Assembly (NCBI GenBank): GCA_964016885.1
Contig: OZ024742.1
Coordinates: 356,500,001-356,564,000, forward strand
Source of the DNA: Eledone cirrhosa
Lineage: Eukaryota
DNA length: 64,000 nt
Direction of reading: 5' to 3'
The notes beneath the pieces are model-generated. The model saw nothing but the letters and a program-made list of their open reading frames with translations, was not told where the DNA came from and did no database searches. Below, one piece after another: positions 50,501 through 63,372 of the stretch (position 1 is its first letter; every line of letters starts with the position of its first letter). The position numbers were made by a program, and so were the translations under genes.

Positions 50501-51030
50501 ACCACTAAGTTCAGGATATCAACCAAATCTTGTTTTAGCCCATCAGCATTCATTTCCTCAATGGCCGTATCTTTGTTCCAGATGTTATTTATTTCAGCAT
50601 TCACATCATTGTCTGCTTCGGATGCTTCCTCAGGTCTCTCAACCTCTTCACCTCCATTCCCACTGGCTCGTTTGCCTGACGTAGTCCACTCTCCATTTCC
50701 AACTTAATCAATCTGCTCAGTTCCTCCAGTTCCAACTCGCTTATCCATCAATTAGTTCTTATTACCCGAGCCTGCCCGGCCAATTTTTGTTCATCTAATT
50801 TAAATAGACCAATCTCGTTGCAGATGTTATGCATTCGTTTCCTATAGCCTTTCTCCTTGGGGTTACTCTTCAGGTAACATTACATGACAGTTCTATTCAA
50901 TTCTTTCATCCAGTTGGTTCTTGTTCCTTTCCTTCTTCCTCCAACACCAGCAGTATTTGGATGACAGCCAGGTCCCTGCTGCTGGGCCAGGGAGAACTTG
51001 TTGGGTGGAAGTCTGTCACATGACATTCCA
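47581..51030 (-). mobile_element. R4/Dong-type LINE family D, near full length, degenerate
   Basis: Homologous to 34541-36257. Additional upstream WKSPGPDGV, NYRPITCL, EQKGC, WIDYKKAFD and N-terminal GYRKRMH..EQKLAGQARVI. (ATT)n at the 3' end. Confidence 0.92.
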
Positions 51031-51084
51031 TCTCCTTTTCACCGTTATTCAAACGGGCTAGGTTCGACATTTAAACATTCATAT

Positions 51085-51290
51085 CGGGGATTGGTGAATG
51101 TATGGTTACATAACCACCGGTTCGGACACCATGCTTTGAAGCATAGAGTTACGTCCCTTTATGATCTGAGTTCAAATCCCGCCGAGGTTAACTTTGCCTT
51201 TCATCCTGACGGGGTCGATAAAATAAAGTACCAGTAATGTACTGTGTAATTGCTGGCCTTGTGCCAAAAGTAGAAACAATTATTATTATT
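51085..51290 (+). mobile_element. SINE S2
   Basis: Homologous to the other S2 copies; (att)n tail. Confidence 0.87.
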
Positions 51291-51291
51291 A

Positions 51292-54200
51292 TGGTTGCCG
51301 GAGGCTCGGCTCTGTAAGTTATTGTAATTTTTAACCGTTATAACAATTGTAAATTGTTTAAAACTTGCACCAAATTGTAGATAAAGACACCCTCCTCCTC
51401 GTGAGGGGTGTTTCTGCCCGTTATTTGGCCCTTCGGGGTTAAATAACCAGTTATTGGTGATTTGTGCCCAATATTCATTTTAAACCGTAAAAAAACATGG
51501 CTACAAAAAAGAATTTTCACAAGTCACTCCCACTCCTTCTGTCTTCTTCATCCCCAATCGTCATTACATCAGAGAAAAGATTATCTCTCTACTTCCCTTC
51601 TCTAAATGTGGTGTCGCTTGTCGCAAGCTACGCCATTAAAAAGAGAGAAAAGTGTAGTTTCTCGTAGCGTTCTTCATCAAGAGAACGCGCGTACCGTGGA
51701 ACATTTCTCCACGACGATGACAACAACGAAAGATGTGTGCGGTAAATACGGAAAGCCATTTCATTCGTCTGACGTCATGAAGAATAGCAGCAGCAGCAGC
51801 AACAGTGGCGAGGAAAATAATAGTAGCAGCCGCAACAACATCAGCAACAGCATAAACAACAGCAGCAGCAGCAACAGCAACAACAACAACAACAACGGCG
51901 GCGGTCGTATTACCAGCAGCAACAACGTAAGTAACAGCAGCTCTGACAACAACAACAACAACAACAACAAGAAAGAACCTGGAAACCATCCTTATAGCAA
52001 ATGAAAAATTACAGGAAGCAAGGAAGATGGTGACGAAAACGGGACACCGAGCAATTTGCAAGGCAACTGAAGAATATTTCGAAATCCAACAGCACTGTAC
52101 CGTCACGTACCGTACAGTAAGCACAAAATCACATAGGGTTGAAAGAGCCACAGAGGCTCAAATACAAAAAGCCTTAGGGTCTGTGTAGCAGCGGAAAATG
52201 CATATCACCAGAGGCAAGAAATATGCCACCGTGGACGTACTTTTTTCCACACCCCTGGAGGCAAATGGTCAATCCTTAGTGACCCTAAGGAGCGAGGAAA
52301 TTGTGTTGGTGCCCTCCTACTGCGAGCAAAAAATTGTGAGGGTCAAACTAACCCAAGTCCCCCCCCCCCCCCCCCGGATGGCCGCGTCTGTCCTCGTTCA
52401 AATCGAAGACAAAACAAATGTACTGCAAGTACAGAAAAAAGTACAAGAAGATTAAGTCGGCGCCTCCATTGAGATGTTAATTCAAACCAACCAGGAGTGC
52501 ATCGAAGCTATCCCGGATGTGATAGACTTCGATAACGGCACTCAACTTCCCATAAGTGTTGAGGGCAAACGCTCGAAATGATTTCGCTGTGGGTCGAAGA
52601 CTCCCCTCAGGGCCTTCTTCAATGTGAAGACCCTGAGAAAGGAGAAAACCCCCTCCTTCCAAAACCGGCTCCACTGCTACCAGCAACAAGACAGGCGGCA
52701 AGCAGGAAGGATAGGTCCGTGACACCCATACCCACGGAAATCAAGAACAGCAGCAGCAGTGGAGGTATTAACAACAACAGTAATACCAGCTTCAGCTGCA
52801 ACAGAGACTCCACTGCAACCATCACCAACAAGAACAAGTGAAAGAGTGGAGCTGGTACCCCTCCCCGACTTCACAGAATCGGACATGGAGTGTGAGGTGA
52901 GAGAGGGATGGCAAAAGGTCGCCTTCGAAAAGGGAGGGAAGAGATGAATAAAAGGGTCAAGGCTACTGCAAAGAGACTTACAGCAACAACACCACCAACA
53001 CCATCACCAGCCACACTAGCACTACCATCACCACCGGCAGCAACCCCACTGCCAACAACAACAACACCTTCAACAACACCACCACGAGCACCAACATCGC
53101 AAACACAACAACAAAACACACACACCCAGCAACAACGACAAGAAAATAGCAAAACTACACCCCACCCCCCAAAAAAGGAAATGCACGGTAATAAATACAC
53201 ACAAGAAACTAATGACTTACATAATTGAACACACAGACATTTCACAGCACGACTACATAATACCAGCACCAATCAAAACACAAACGAACATAAGAATGTT
53301 AAGAATATCACAGAAACAATACACTAACATTAAAAATGAAATTCCCCAACGCAGTTGGTGATTTCAGAGACCTAGGAGGGACACTCAACCGGAGAGTATA
53401 CTCGGATATACTCACAGAAGAGCCGAATGGACGTTTCTACGTCCCTTCCCCAGACGATCAAGGTAAGCGATCCTTTCTCACTTGCCCAATTCCTCACCCA
53501 ACATAGCCGTATTGAGGATCGGAAGTGTAAACATGCGTGGCTTGAGCTCGGTTTGGAAGCAGGGTCACTTGCTTAACGACCTCAGGTCACTAAACATAGA
53601 TGTGGTGGCCATCAGCGAGACGAGAATCTCCGAAACACAAGCTTTCGCACCGATCTTCGATGGTTACGAGGGGTACACATCACCGTGCCGTCCGGGAGCG
53701 GGGGGGGGGGGGAGTGGCTGTGTTGTTTCGAAAAGGCTTGGGTCTCGCCATACGGACCATCTTCCTGGACCCAGAAGGTAAGTCCTTGCTGCTGGATGTG
53801 AACGGCACCGAAGGCAACACTTTTAGGCTAGTAGCCGTCTATGCCTCGACAAGGACCGGACGGCCAGATTTCATTAGACGTCTAGAGACCTTTCTGGGAA
53901 CGTCCCGCTCTTTAGTGTTAGTGGGCGACTGGAACGGTATCTTGATGCACGCTGGGATTGTGTGGGGCTAGTAGATAGGGGAGTAAGTTCAAGAACCTCA
54001 CCAACTTGCTCAGACGTTTTGAACTGTCTGACAGGTATCGACTGGATCACCCGAATGTGCCAATATGGACATAGACAAACCGCATCGGGTCATCCAGATC
54101 GTATCTAGATAGGGTATTCTGCAGGGAACTAGATAAGGCTAGTATAAGTTGTCCACAATTTCAAATAGTAGACTACACAGACCATAAATGTGTGATCTGT

Positions 54201-56943
54201 GAGATCGACATAGACAGACTTCATAGACAAGGACCCGGTTACTGGAAGCTGAACGCGTCTTTTCCGGCGCGCAAAGCCTACAGAGACCGGATTAGCGTGT
54301 TAGTTAAGTGTGCGTTGACGGCAGCGGTCGTCAACAACAGGTGGTGGTTTGCCCTGAAAAGGGCAATTAAAGTAGAATCAATTAGGTTTAGCAAAAGACT
54401 AGTGATAGAGGAACATAGAGTAGAGAGAGAGCTAGTCAGAAAGCTAGAAGCATCACAACCGACGTGCTTGCAGCGAGATTGGCACTTGACCAATTCTTCA
54501 ACGCAAAACATGAAGGCTTCGTTGTGAGAGCTAGAGCGCGTGCTCTGAAAGATGAGGGGGACGAAAGCCGTCCAATGGGCCCGGGTGGCAGAGGTGCGAC
54601 GTGGCAACAAAGCCACAATTCGGTCTTTGTCTGACCAAAACGGGTGCGTATTGCTCGAACCCGAGCAGATGTATGAAGCTTTTCAGCCGCACTTTGCTGA
54701 ACTGTTCGGGAGCGGCGGCAGGCCGGATCGGGGTATGGACTTCAGTGCATACCTCGACGGACTGCCTCGGCTCTCGACAACCGCAGCACAGTGTTGCGAA
54801 AAGCCAATAACAGCTGGTGAAATACAGGAAGCGATGGCTAACTGCACGAGGGGTAAATCACCAGGTTTGGATGGTCTGCCTTACGAGATTTATGCATTTA
54901 TGAAAGACTTGTTCGGTGACCTCTTGGCAGACGCCTACTGCAACTGGCAGCAGAAGGGAAGAATTCCCAGTTTTGTGAGACGGGGAGCGGTGGCGAATGA
55001 GAAAAGACCCGAATAAGGGGTATGTTATCGATAACTTCAGGCCCATAACTCTGCTAAACACAGAGTTCAAGATTTTGGCCAAGGTGTTAGCTACGAGGTT
55101 GTCGCTTGTCGTCGAGGGTCTGGTGGGAGACGCGCAGACACGCACCATTCCGGACAGATCCAAACACGACAACCTCCACCTCATGCGATACATTGTAGAG
55201 CGGGTGGTTAAGGAACCTGGCATGAGGGGAGAGGGGTCCTGATCAACTTGGATCAACCAAAGCATTCGATAGGGTCGACCATTGGTACCTGGCGGCAGTC
55301 CTTGAGGCAGCCGGTTTCAGGCCCGTTTTCAGGGGTTGGATCGCTGCAATGTACAGCGACATCTGCTCAGTTGTGAGTGTGAATGGTCACCTGTCCAAGC
55401 CATTCAGCATCATGCACTCGGTCCGCCAGGGTTGTCTCCTCTCGTCCCTCTTGTACCTATTGGCTCTCGAGCCGTTACTGCACAAACTGGGGGCGTTGAG
55501 GGGCGTCCCACGCGAACTAGGATGCGGGAAATCCGAGTCGGCTTACGCCGACAACATCACTGTGGTGGTGTCGAGCACCAGACACGTCCAGATGCTCGGC
55601 ACCGCTCTCAAGGAATACGAAGCGGTGACATGAGCAAAGATAAACCACGAAAAGTCGGTGCGCTTGCAGCTTGGCACCTGGAGAGGCAAGTCCATGCCAT
55701 CCGACAGCGTCGTGGGGTATTGGACGGGCGGACCGGTTAAATTGCTCGGGTTTGGAACAGACCTCCAGATGGAGAAAAACTGGAGCGAGGTGACGAGCAG
55801 GGTGGCCTCCCTCACCTAGAAATGGGCCGAGAGGAAGCTGTCCCTGAAAGGCCGGGCGGAGATGGCAAATGCGTACATCGCATCCGTCATCTGCTACCGC
55901 CTCACCGTCGTCCCTTGCTCCGGCCCAACTCTCACCAAAATGGAGCGCCTCCTCTTCTGCTTTTTGTGGAAAGGACGCGCTCCCATGGTCAGACGATCAT
56001 TTGCTATCAACACCCGTTGCGAGGAGGACTGGGCATGCCATGGCTGATGATGCGCAAACATGCGCTGAGGTTGCGTCATCTCTGGTGCTTCCTTCACGGT
56101 GAACAGGTGTGGTCACCGTTCGCCAAGCATGTTTTCCCACAGCTCGTCTGCTTGACGGAACTGCAGTCCTGTGTCAGGAAAAGACCGAGGGATAGCGCTT
56201 CGAAACCGGAATGTCTCCAGCCGCTCACTGCTCTCTGCCAGCTGGGCACCAGTATCGGTGGAACATCCACCTTGGCGTTCTATAGAGGACTAGTGGAGGG
56301 GAAAAGCGACGACGTTCTCGGAGAGATCCTGGGCATCGAAGAAAATCAGCTATTTGCTCTCTTCCGGAGAAGTTTCAGCCCTGGGCCTATGGATAACTTC
56401 CAAAAATCCCTGGCCTGGCAGTGCTACCGGGGAACTTTGCCGGTTCGAGATAAGCTCTACAGGCACAGAAGTGTCGTCAGCTGAGCCTGTCCGAGATGCA
56501 CGCAGAGCGACGAAGCCGTCGTGCACGCACTCGTTCAGTGCCCGAGCATTGCTGACTTGTGGAGAGGCAAGTGCTGTCTTCTAGCAAATTTGTTGAAAGG
56601 TGAGTGAATGTAGGGAGAATGGTCCGAGTGCACGGGACCGCTCTGAATATACGCCTGTAGTTTGAGAAATGGAAAAATTGAGAGAGGGCGCTTGCCCTGG
56701 TGGTCAGGGTGGCCGTGGTCTTTTGTGTGGTTTTTGCCATGAGTAACCCTCGGAGGTTTCCCCCCTATTGAAGAATTTTTCATTGTTTGAATTTTCATTT
56801 TTATTGTTTATATATATATGTTTCTGTCTTTTTTTCTTTTTCGTTTCTTATATAAATAATAAAAATCTTTACACGCACAAAACCCACATCGTACTGTCCT
56901 GTATCGTCTGTAATGTTTTCCTTGATATCAGCCCTTGTGGTCA
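51292..56943 (+). mobile_element. Tx1/L1-clade LINE, older degenerate copy
   Basis: ORF1 and ORF2 remnants homologous to 57427-63183 with many stops (GPGYWKLN, KSPGLDGL, NFRPITLLN, SVRQGC, YADN). Confidence 0.92.
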
Positions 56944-57140
56944 GTGGATTGGCAGTATCGGTAGAGGGTCGGACGCCATGCTTTGACGCATAGAGTTACG
57001 TCCCTTTATGATCTGAGTTCAAATCCCGCCGAGGTTAACTTTGCCTTTCATCCTTACGGGGTCGATAAAGTAAAGTACCAGTAATGTAATGCGTATTTGC
57101 TGGCCTTGTGCCTAAAATAGAAACAATTATTATTATTATA
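56943..57140 (+). mobile_element. SINE S2
   Basis: Homologous to the other S2 copies. Confidence 0.9.
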
Positions 57141-57150
57141 ATTATTACAG

Positions 57151-57359
57151 TTGCATTTATCTTGCTTTATGTTCATACGAGTTATCACCAAGTCACAACC
57201 AGTGACCTCAAGAGACAACAAGGTCCGCCATGTTCAAGAAAGAACATACATACTCACACATGCATCTTTAGGTGTTTAGACTTGTGATGTACTTATATTG
57301 ACAGAATCTTCCTTAGTATATGGGCAGTTCCCATTAGTACTATCTTTTGTATTTCTCCT
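57151..57359 (-). mobile_element. 3' end fragment of R4/Dong-type family E
   Basis: Near-identical to 63397-63604. Confidence 0.92.
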
Positions 57360-57393
57360 TTACTCAGTCCTTCAGTCTCCGATTTCAGTCCAG

Positions 57394-57426
<33 letters not shown>

Positions 57427-57635
57427 GGCGACCTACGTAGTAAATCGTATCATCGTGAGCTCCGCAAAGGTTTGTTATTTCCGTTTGTTAAAAATTGCCA
57501 TTTATGGAAATTTTTTATTGTTAACTATATATAAGCGCACATACATTGTTTTCCGAAAAGGACACCCAAAAAGATTGGGGCCTTGTGCCCAAAATTTAAA
57601 CTTTTATGATTATCAAAAAATTTCCTTGAAAAAAA

Positions 57636-59616
57636 ATGGCTAATTCACCACTGCACCAAGCAGCTGAAAGCCTTTCTCACAAATTAACACCTCACACCGA
57701 CACCACCATTGTAAATGATATTACGTCTGCCAACACACACAATTTAAGCACTAGCAATATTTTAAATTTGTCTCAGACAGACATTCATTTCCCGCCATTA
57801 CCAATGACTGCAGGTGTTAAAGCCGCCACCACCACCACCGCGAAAACCCCCACCCCCACCACCACCGCGACAACAGAAACAAAAGGAAAAAATAAATCAA
57901 CTCGTGATGTCGAAATATTTTCAACCAAAATGGACTCTCCCAAACCGGATTTAACTGACGTCACCACCACCACAACTGAAACTAAAATTAATAATAACAA
58001 AAATAACGATAGCAACAACAACAACAATGACATTAAAAAAACGACCCTGAGTTTTGCCAGAGTAGCAAAACAGTTCGAAGCATTTACGGTAACTCAGGAG
58101 GATTTAGAAAATGCCAAACAAATGGTAAAGAAAGATGGTTACAGGGTCAGCCCCCCCCACACCTAATAAAATGGAGCATCGGCGCCTATGCACTGTGTCG
58201 TATCGAACAATAAATGTAAAATCGCGCCGAGTGGAACGGGCATCCGAGTCCCAAATCCAAAAAGCTTTGGGACATGTATGGGCAAGAAAAACCCACATCA
58301 GACGTGGGCAGAAGTATGGAACCGTGGACGTGTTCTTTGAAACACCAGAGGAGGCTAGAGAACACTCCATGGACCCATTAAGAAGTGACGATTTCACTCT
58401 CGTCCCAAGCTATTGTGGCCAGAGACTCGTAAAGATCAGGGTGACCCACGTTCCACCGGCCATCGAAATTCCCTGGTTAATAGCGGCCGTCCTCGCCGGC
58501 ATCGAAGCCAACACAAAGATAATAGCAATAGCAAAAGAAAAGCAGGAGAACTGGTCCGGATCTGGGATGGAGCTCCTGATCCAAGCGGACCAAAAAAGCA
58601 TTGAGGAGATCCCAGAGGTAATAGACCTCACTGACGGCAGCCACCTCACCGTAATTGTCGAGGGCAGAAGGCCTAGGTGTGTCGTTTGTGGTGAAGGAAC
58701 CCACCTAAGGGCTTTCTGCCCTCAGGCTAAAAGGTTGAGGCCACCTCTCCTACCCACCCCAGTGACACAACCATCAACACCACCAGTAGCAGAGATGGCA
58801 GCAACAACTGTAGCAGCAACAACAGAAGCAACTATAACAGCAACAACCCCAGCAACAGTAGCAAAACCAACACCACCACCACCAGCAAAACCAAGACCAC
58901 CACCACCCAACGCTTCAGAACTAGCACCAGCGCCTACACCATCCACCACGCCACAACCAAAACTAACGCCTGTGGAGGATTTTCCACTCCCCGGCCTATC
59001 ACAACTGGAGACAGATTGTGACGACGAGGAGTGGGAAACGGTATCAGGAAAAAAAAAATAAACCAAAAAAGAAAAAAATTCTCTTCCTTCCCCCTCCAAA
59101 AACAAAATACAGAGGGAAACAAATTAATTAACAAACAAAAAAGTTAGGACAGATATGCCACCATCCACACCAGCATCACCAACCCCATCAACCCAAACAC
59201 CAACACCATCACCATCACTAACCCCAACACCACCATCACCTACACCACAAAAGTCACCAAAATGCGAAACAGAAACAAACCCACAACAAACGCAAACAAA
59301 ACAAAACAACCAAAACGATACACACTACACAGCATTAAATTTGAACAACAAGCAATTATTACACTACATCCAACACAACACCAGTATCACAGAAAAAGAC
59401 TACACAACAACCCAAACATTCACACCACCTCCACACATACAAATCACTCGCATCACACAGAAAACGTACATGACACTAAAACAAAAATTCCCCAAAGACA
59501 TCGGAGACTTCCGACAAGCACTCTCCAGGAGAATTTATAAGGACATCCTTCCTGATGAGGCCACAAGCAGTGAAAAGGATGGAAAAACCGTCCTTCCCCT
59601 ACGAGAAGTAAGGTAA
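57636..59616 (+). pseudogene. Tx1 ORF1 (zinc knuckle, Pro/Thr-rich linker) with two homopolymer frameshifts
   Basis: ORF pieces 57636-58166, 58135-59061 and 59155-59616; breaks at a C-run (~58150) and an A-run (~59049). Confidence 0.8.
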
Positions 59617-59650
59617 GTGGTCTTTCCCATCTTGTCCAATCCTTTTCAAC

Positions 59651-62600
59651 ATGACCTCACTCAGAATAGGCAGCATAAATGCGCGTGGCTTGGGGTCGTC
59701 ATGGAAGCAGGGCCACCTGCTCAACGACCTCAGGTCACTAAACATAGATGTAGTGGCAATCAGCGAGACCAGAATCTCCGATGCACGGGCCTTCGCACCG
59801 ATCTTCGGCGGCTACGATGTGTACGCATCTCCCAGCCGTCCGGGATCGGGGGGAGGAGTTGCTGTGCTTTTTCGGAGAGGTTTGGATCTTGCCATACGGG
59901 CCATCTTCCTGGACCCAGAAGGTAAGTTGGTGGTGATGGACGTGACCAGCGGAGACGGGCAAGCTTTCAGGTTAGTGGCCGTCTATGCCCCGACAGGAGC
60001 AGGGCGGCCTGATTTAATCCGGCGTCTGGTGACCTGTCTTGGAACGTCTCGCTCTTTAGTATTAGTGGGCGACTGGAACGGGATCTTAGATGCACGCTGG
60101 GATTGTGTGGGATTAGTAGATAGTGAAGGAGGGTGCAAGAGTCTCACCAACCTGCTCAGGCGTTTTGAACTGTCTGACAGGTACCGAATGTATTTCCCGA
60201 ATGTACCAATGTGGACTTGGACAAATCGCATAGGGTCATCCAGATCATATCTAGATAGAGTATTTTGTAGGGAAATAGATAGGTCTAGCATAGGCTGTCC
60301 ACAATTCAAGATAGTCAGCTACACGGACCACAAATTCGTGATCTGTGTGCCTGACTTAGATAGGCTTCATAGACGAGGACCCGGCTACTGGAAGCTAAAC
60401 GCGTCCTTACCAGCGCGCAAGGCCTACAGAGACCGGATTAGCGAACTAGTTAAGCGGGCGTTGACGGGGGCCATCGTCAACAACAAGTGGTGGTTTGCTC
60501 TGAAAAGAGCAATTAGAATAGAGTCCATTAGGTTTAGTAAGGCTTTAGCAATAGAGAAAAATAGAGCAGAGGGAGAATTAGTTAAAAAATTAGACGAGGC
60601 GCTTAGCAAAGGCATCGCGACCGACGTACTTGCGGCGAAATTGGCCCTTGACCAATTCTTCAATGCAAAGCACGAAGGCTGCGTTGTCAGAGCTAGGGTG
60701 CGTGCTCTCAGACACGAGGGGACGAAAGCCGTTCAATGGGCCCGAGTGGCGGAGGCGCGTCGTGGCAATAAAGCCACGATCCGGTCTTTGGTGGACCACG
60801 ACGGGGGCATGCTACTCGATCCCGGGCAAATGTGTGAAGCTTTTCAGCGACACTTCGCTCAACTGTTCGGGGTCAGTGGCGGGCCGGATCGAGGGATGGA
60901 CTTTAGTGTCTACCTCGACGGACTGCCGCGGCTTTCGGCCACTGAGGCGGAGTGTTGCGAAAAGCCGATAACAAGCGCTGAAGTACGGGAGGCAATGACT
61001 GGCTGCACAAGGGGTAAATCGCCTGGTTTGGATGGTCTGCCCTATGAACTTTACGTACAAATGCCAGACTTGTTCGGAGGCCTTTTGGCGGACGTCTACT
61101 GCAACTGGCAACAGAACGGGAAAATACCCAGCTCTGTGAGCCGAGGAGCGGTGGCGCTGCTGAGAAAGGATCCGAACAAGGGGGATAACATAGATAATTT
61201 TAGGCCCATAACTCTGCTAAACACAGAGTTCAAGATTTTGGCCAAGGTGCTAGCAAAGAGTTGGCGCTTGTCGTTGGTGGTCTGGTGGCAGAGGCACAGA
61301 CATGCGCCATTCCCGACAGATCCATCCACGACAACCTCCACCTCATGCGATACATCGTAGAGAGGGTAGCTAGGGAACCTGGCACGGGTGGGTCTTTGAT
61401 CAATTTAGATCAGTCGAAAGCCTTCGATAGGGTCGACCATCGTTACCTAGCGGCAGTCCTGAGGGCGGCTGGCTTTGGGCCCGTCTTCAGAGGCTGGATC
61501 GCTGCCATGCACAGCGACATTTGCTCTGTAGTGAGAGTGAACGGTCACCTTTCGGAACCGTTCAACATCATGCGCTCGGTCCGCCAAGGATGTCCCCTCT
61601 CGTCCCTATTGTACGTATTGACTCTCGAGCCATTACTGCACAAACTGGAGACGTTGAGGGGGGGGAGGTCCCGCGCGAACTAGGATGCGGAAGATCCGTG
61701 TCAGCATATGCGGACGATGTCACCGTAGTGGTGTCGAACGCCAAACACATCGAGGCGATCGGCACTACACTAAGAGAATACGAAGCGGTGACAGGAGCAA
61801 TGATCAACCAGGAAAAGTCAGTGGGCCTGCAGCTCGGCACCTGGAGAGGCAGGTCCATGCCGTCCAACAGCGTCGTCGGGCGCTGGACGGACGGACCGGT
61901 TAAATTGCTAGGGGTCTGGTTCGGTCCAAACCTCCAGACGGACAAAAACTGGGACGAGGTGACGAGCAGGGTGGCTTCTCTCACCCAGAAATGGGCCGAG
62001 AGGAAGCTATCCCTGAAAGGTCGAGCGGAGGTGGCTAACGCGTACATCGCGTCCGTCATATACTACCGCCTGACCGTCGTACCTTGTTCTAAGCCCCGCC
62101 TGACTGCGCTAGAGCGTTTGCTCTTTCGCTTCTTGTGGAAGGGACGCGCTCCGATGGTCAGGCGGTCCATCTGCTGTCAACACCCGCTACGTGGAGGGCT
62201 GGGCATGCCGTGGCTGATGATGCGCAGACATGCGCTCAGGATACGCATCTCCACCTCTTCCTCGACGGTGATCAGGTGTGGTCGCCGTTTGCTAGACACG
62301 TTTTTCCCCAGCTCGTCTCCTTGACGGAGCTGCAGTCCTGGGTCAAGCGAAGACCGAGAGGGAGCGCTGGGAGACTGGAATGTCTTCAGGCGCTCACAGC
62401 CCTCGACCAATTGGGCAATGTGATCGGTGGAAACTCCACCTTGGCGTTCTATCGGGGATTAGTGGAGGGTAAGAGCGACGACGTACTTGGAGAAACTCTA
62501 GGCGTCGACGAAAATCAACTAGCCAATCTCTTCGGAAGGACTTTCGGGCCGGGGCCTATGGACAACTTCCAGGAATCCCTGGCCTGGCAGTGCTACCGGG

Positions 62601-63073
62601 GAGCTTTGCCAGTTCGGGATAAACTCTACAGGCATGGAGGTGCCGTCAGCCGGGCATGTCCGAGATGCGCACAGGGCAACGAAACCGTCCTGCACGCACT
62701 CGTCCATTGTCCGAGCATTGCTGACTTGTGGGTTTATGTAGAACACCTGCTGTCACGTGTAGGACGGATCCAGCTATCAGCTGAGTCCATCGTGAGGATT
62801 GCCCCGCCCTCTTTCTTTAGCCGGGAAGGGAAGGCAGTTTTTATCTGTCTGGTGGCCATGGCGAAAGAGATAGTATGGTGGACACGTTTGAAAGGGCTGA
62901 AGACGAGCACTGACCTCTTCGGTGATGCCCTGATTAACTTTTTCAAATTTCATTTGAAAAGGAAAATCAGGGTAGAGAGGGAAGTGCTCTCTTCCCAGCA
63001 TTTTGTTGAAAGATGGGTGAGAGAAGCAAGTATGGCCCGAATGAATGGGCCTTCTCTGAGTATGTGTCTGTAA
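59651..63073 (+). pseudogene. Tx1 ORF2 (APE + RT + CCHC) with three frameshifts
   Basis: ORF pieces 59651-61360, 61261-61683, 61521-62324 and 62135-63073. Confidence 0.9.
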
Positions 63074-63177
63074 ACTAAAGGTGGAAAACTGGGAGAGGGC
63101 ACTTGCCCTGGTGGTCAGGGTCACTGTGGTCTTTTAAAGGGCTTTCTCCACAAATGTCCCTCGGAAGTCTCCCCCCT

Positions 63178-63372
63178 ATTGAATATCGAGCCGCTACCTG
63201 CAGCATCAGATATTCCGGATGTATCAGAGGTTGTTTGTTGTTTCCAGCAAGCATGCCTTTTGAAGTGTTCTAAAAAAGGGGGCTTGACTAATGTTCTTTA
63301 ACCCTCCTTGAAAACTCTAGTGCTCCTATGACAATTGGGATGACGTTGATCTCTGACAATCCCAAATACTTT
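63178..63372 (-). mobile_element. Decayed 3' fragment of R4/Dong family D
   Basis: ctacctgcagc.tcagatattc..cagcaagcatgcctt matches 47670-47740. Confidence 0.8.

Larger units (their letters stand above)
57427..63183 (+). mobile_element. Tx1/L1-clade LINE, younger near-complete copy
   Basis: ORF1 57636-59616 (CCHC CVVCGEGTHLRAFC); ORF2 59651-63073 (APE, RT with YADD, C-terminal CPRC..H..HC). Confidence 0.95.

Noticed and set aside
51085-57140. SINE S2 copies flanking the older Tx1 like LTRs
   Set aside because: S2 is abundant in the window, the two copies differ at the 5' end, and the enclosed element is an APE-type LINE.
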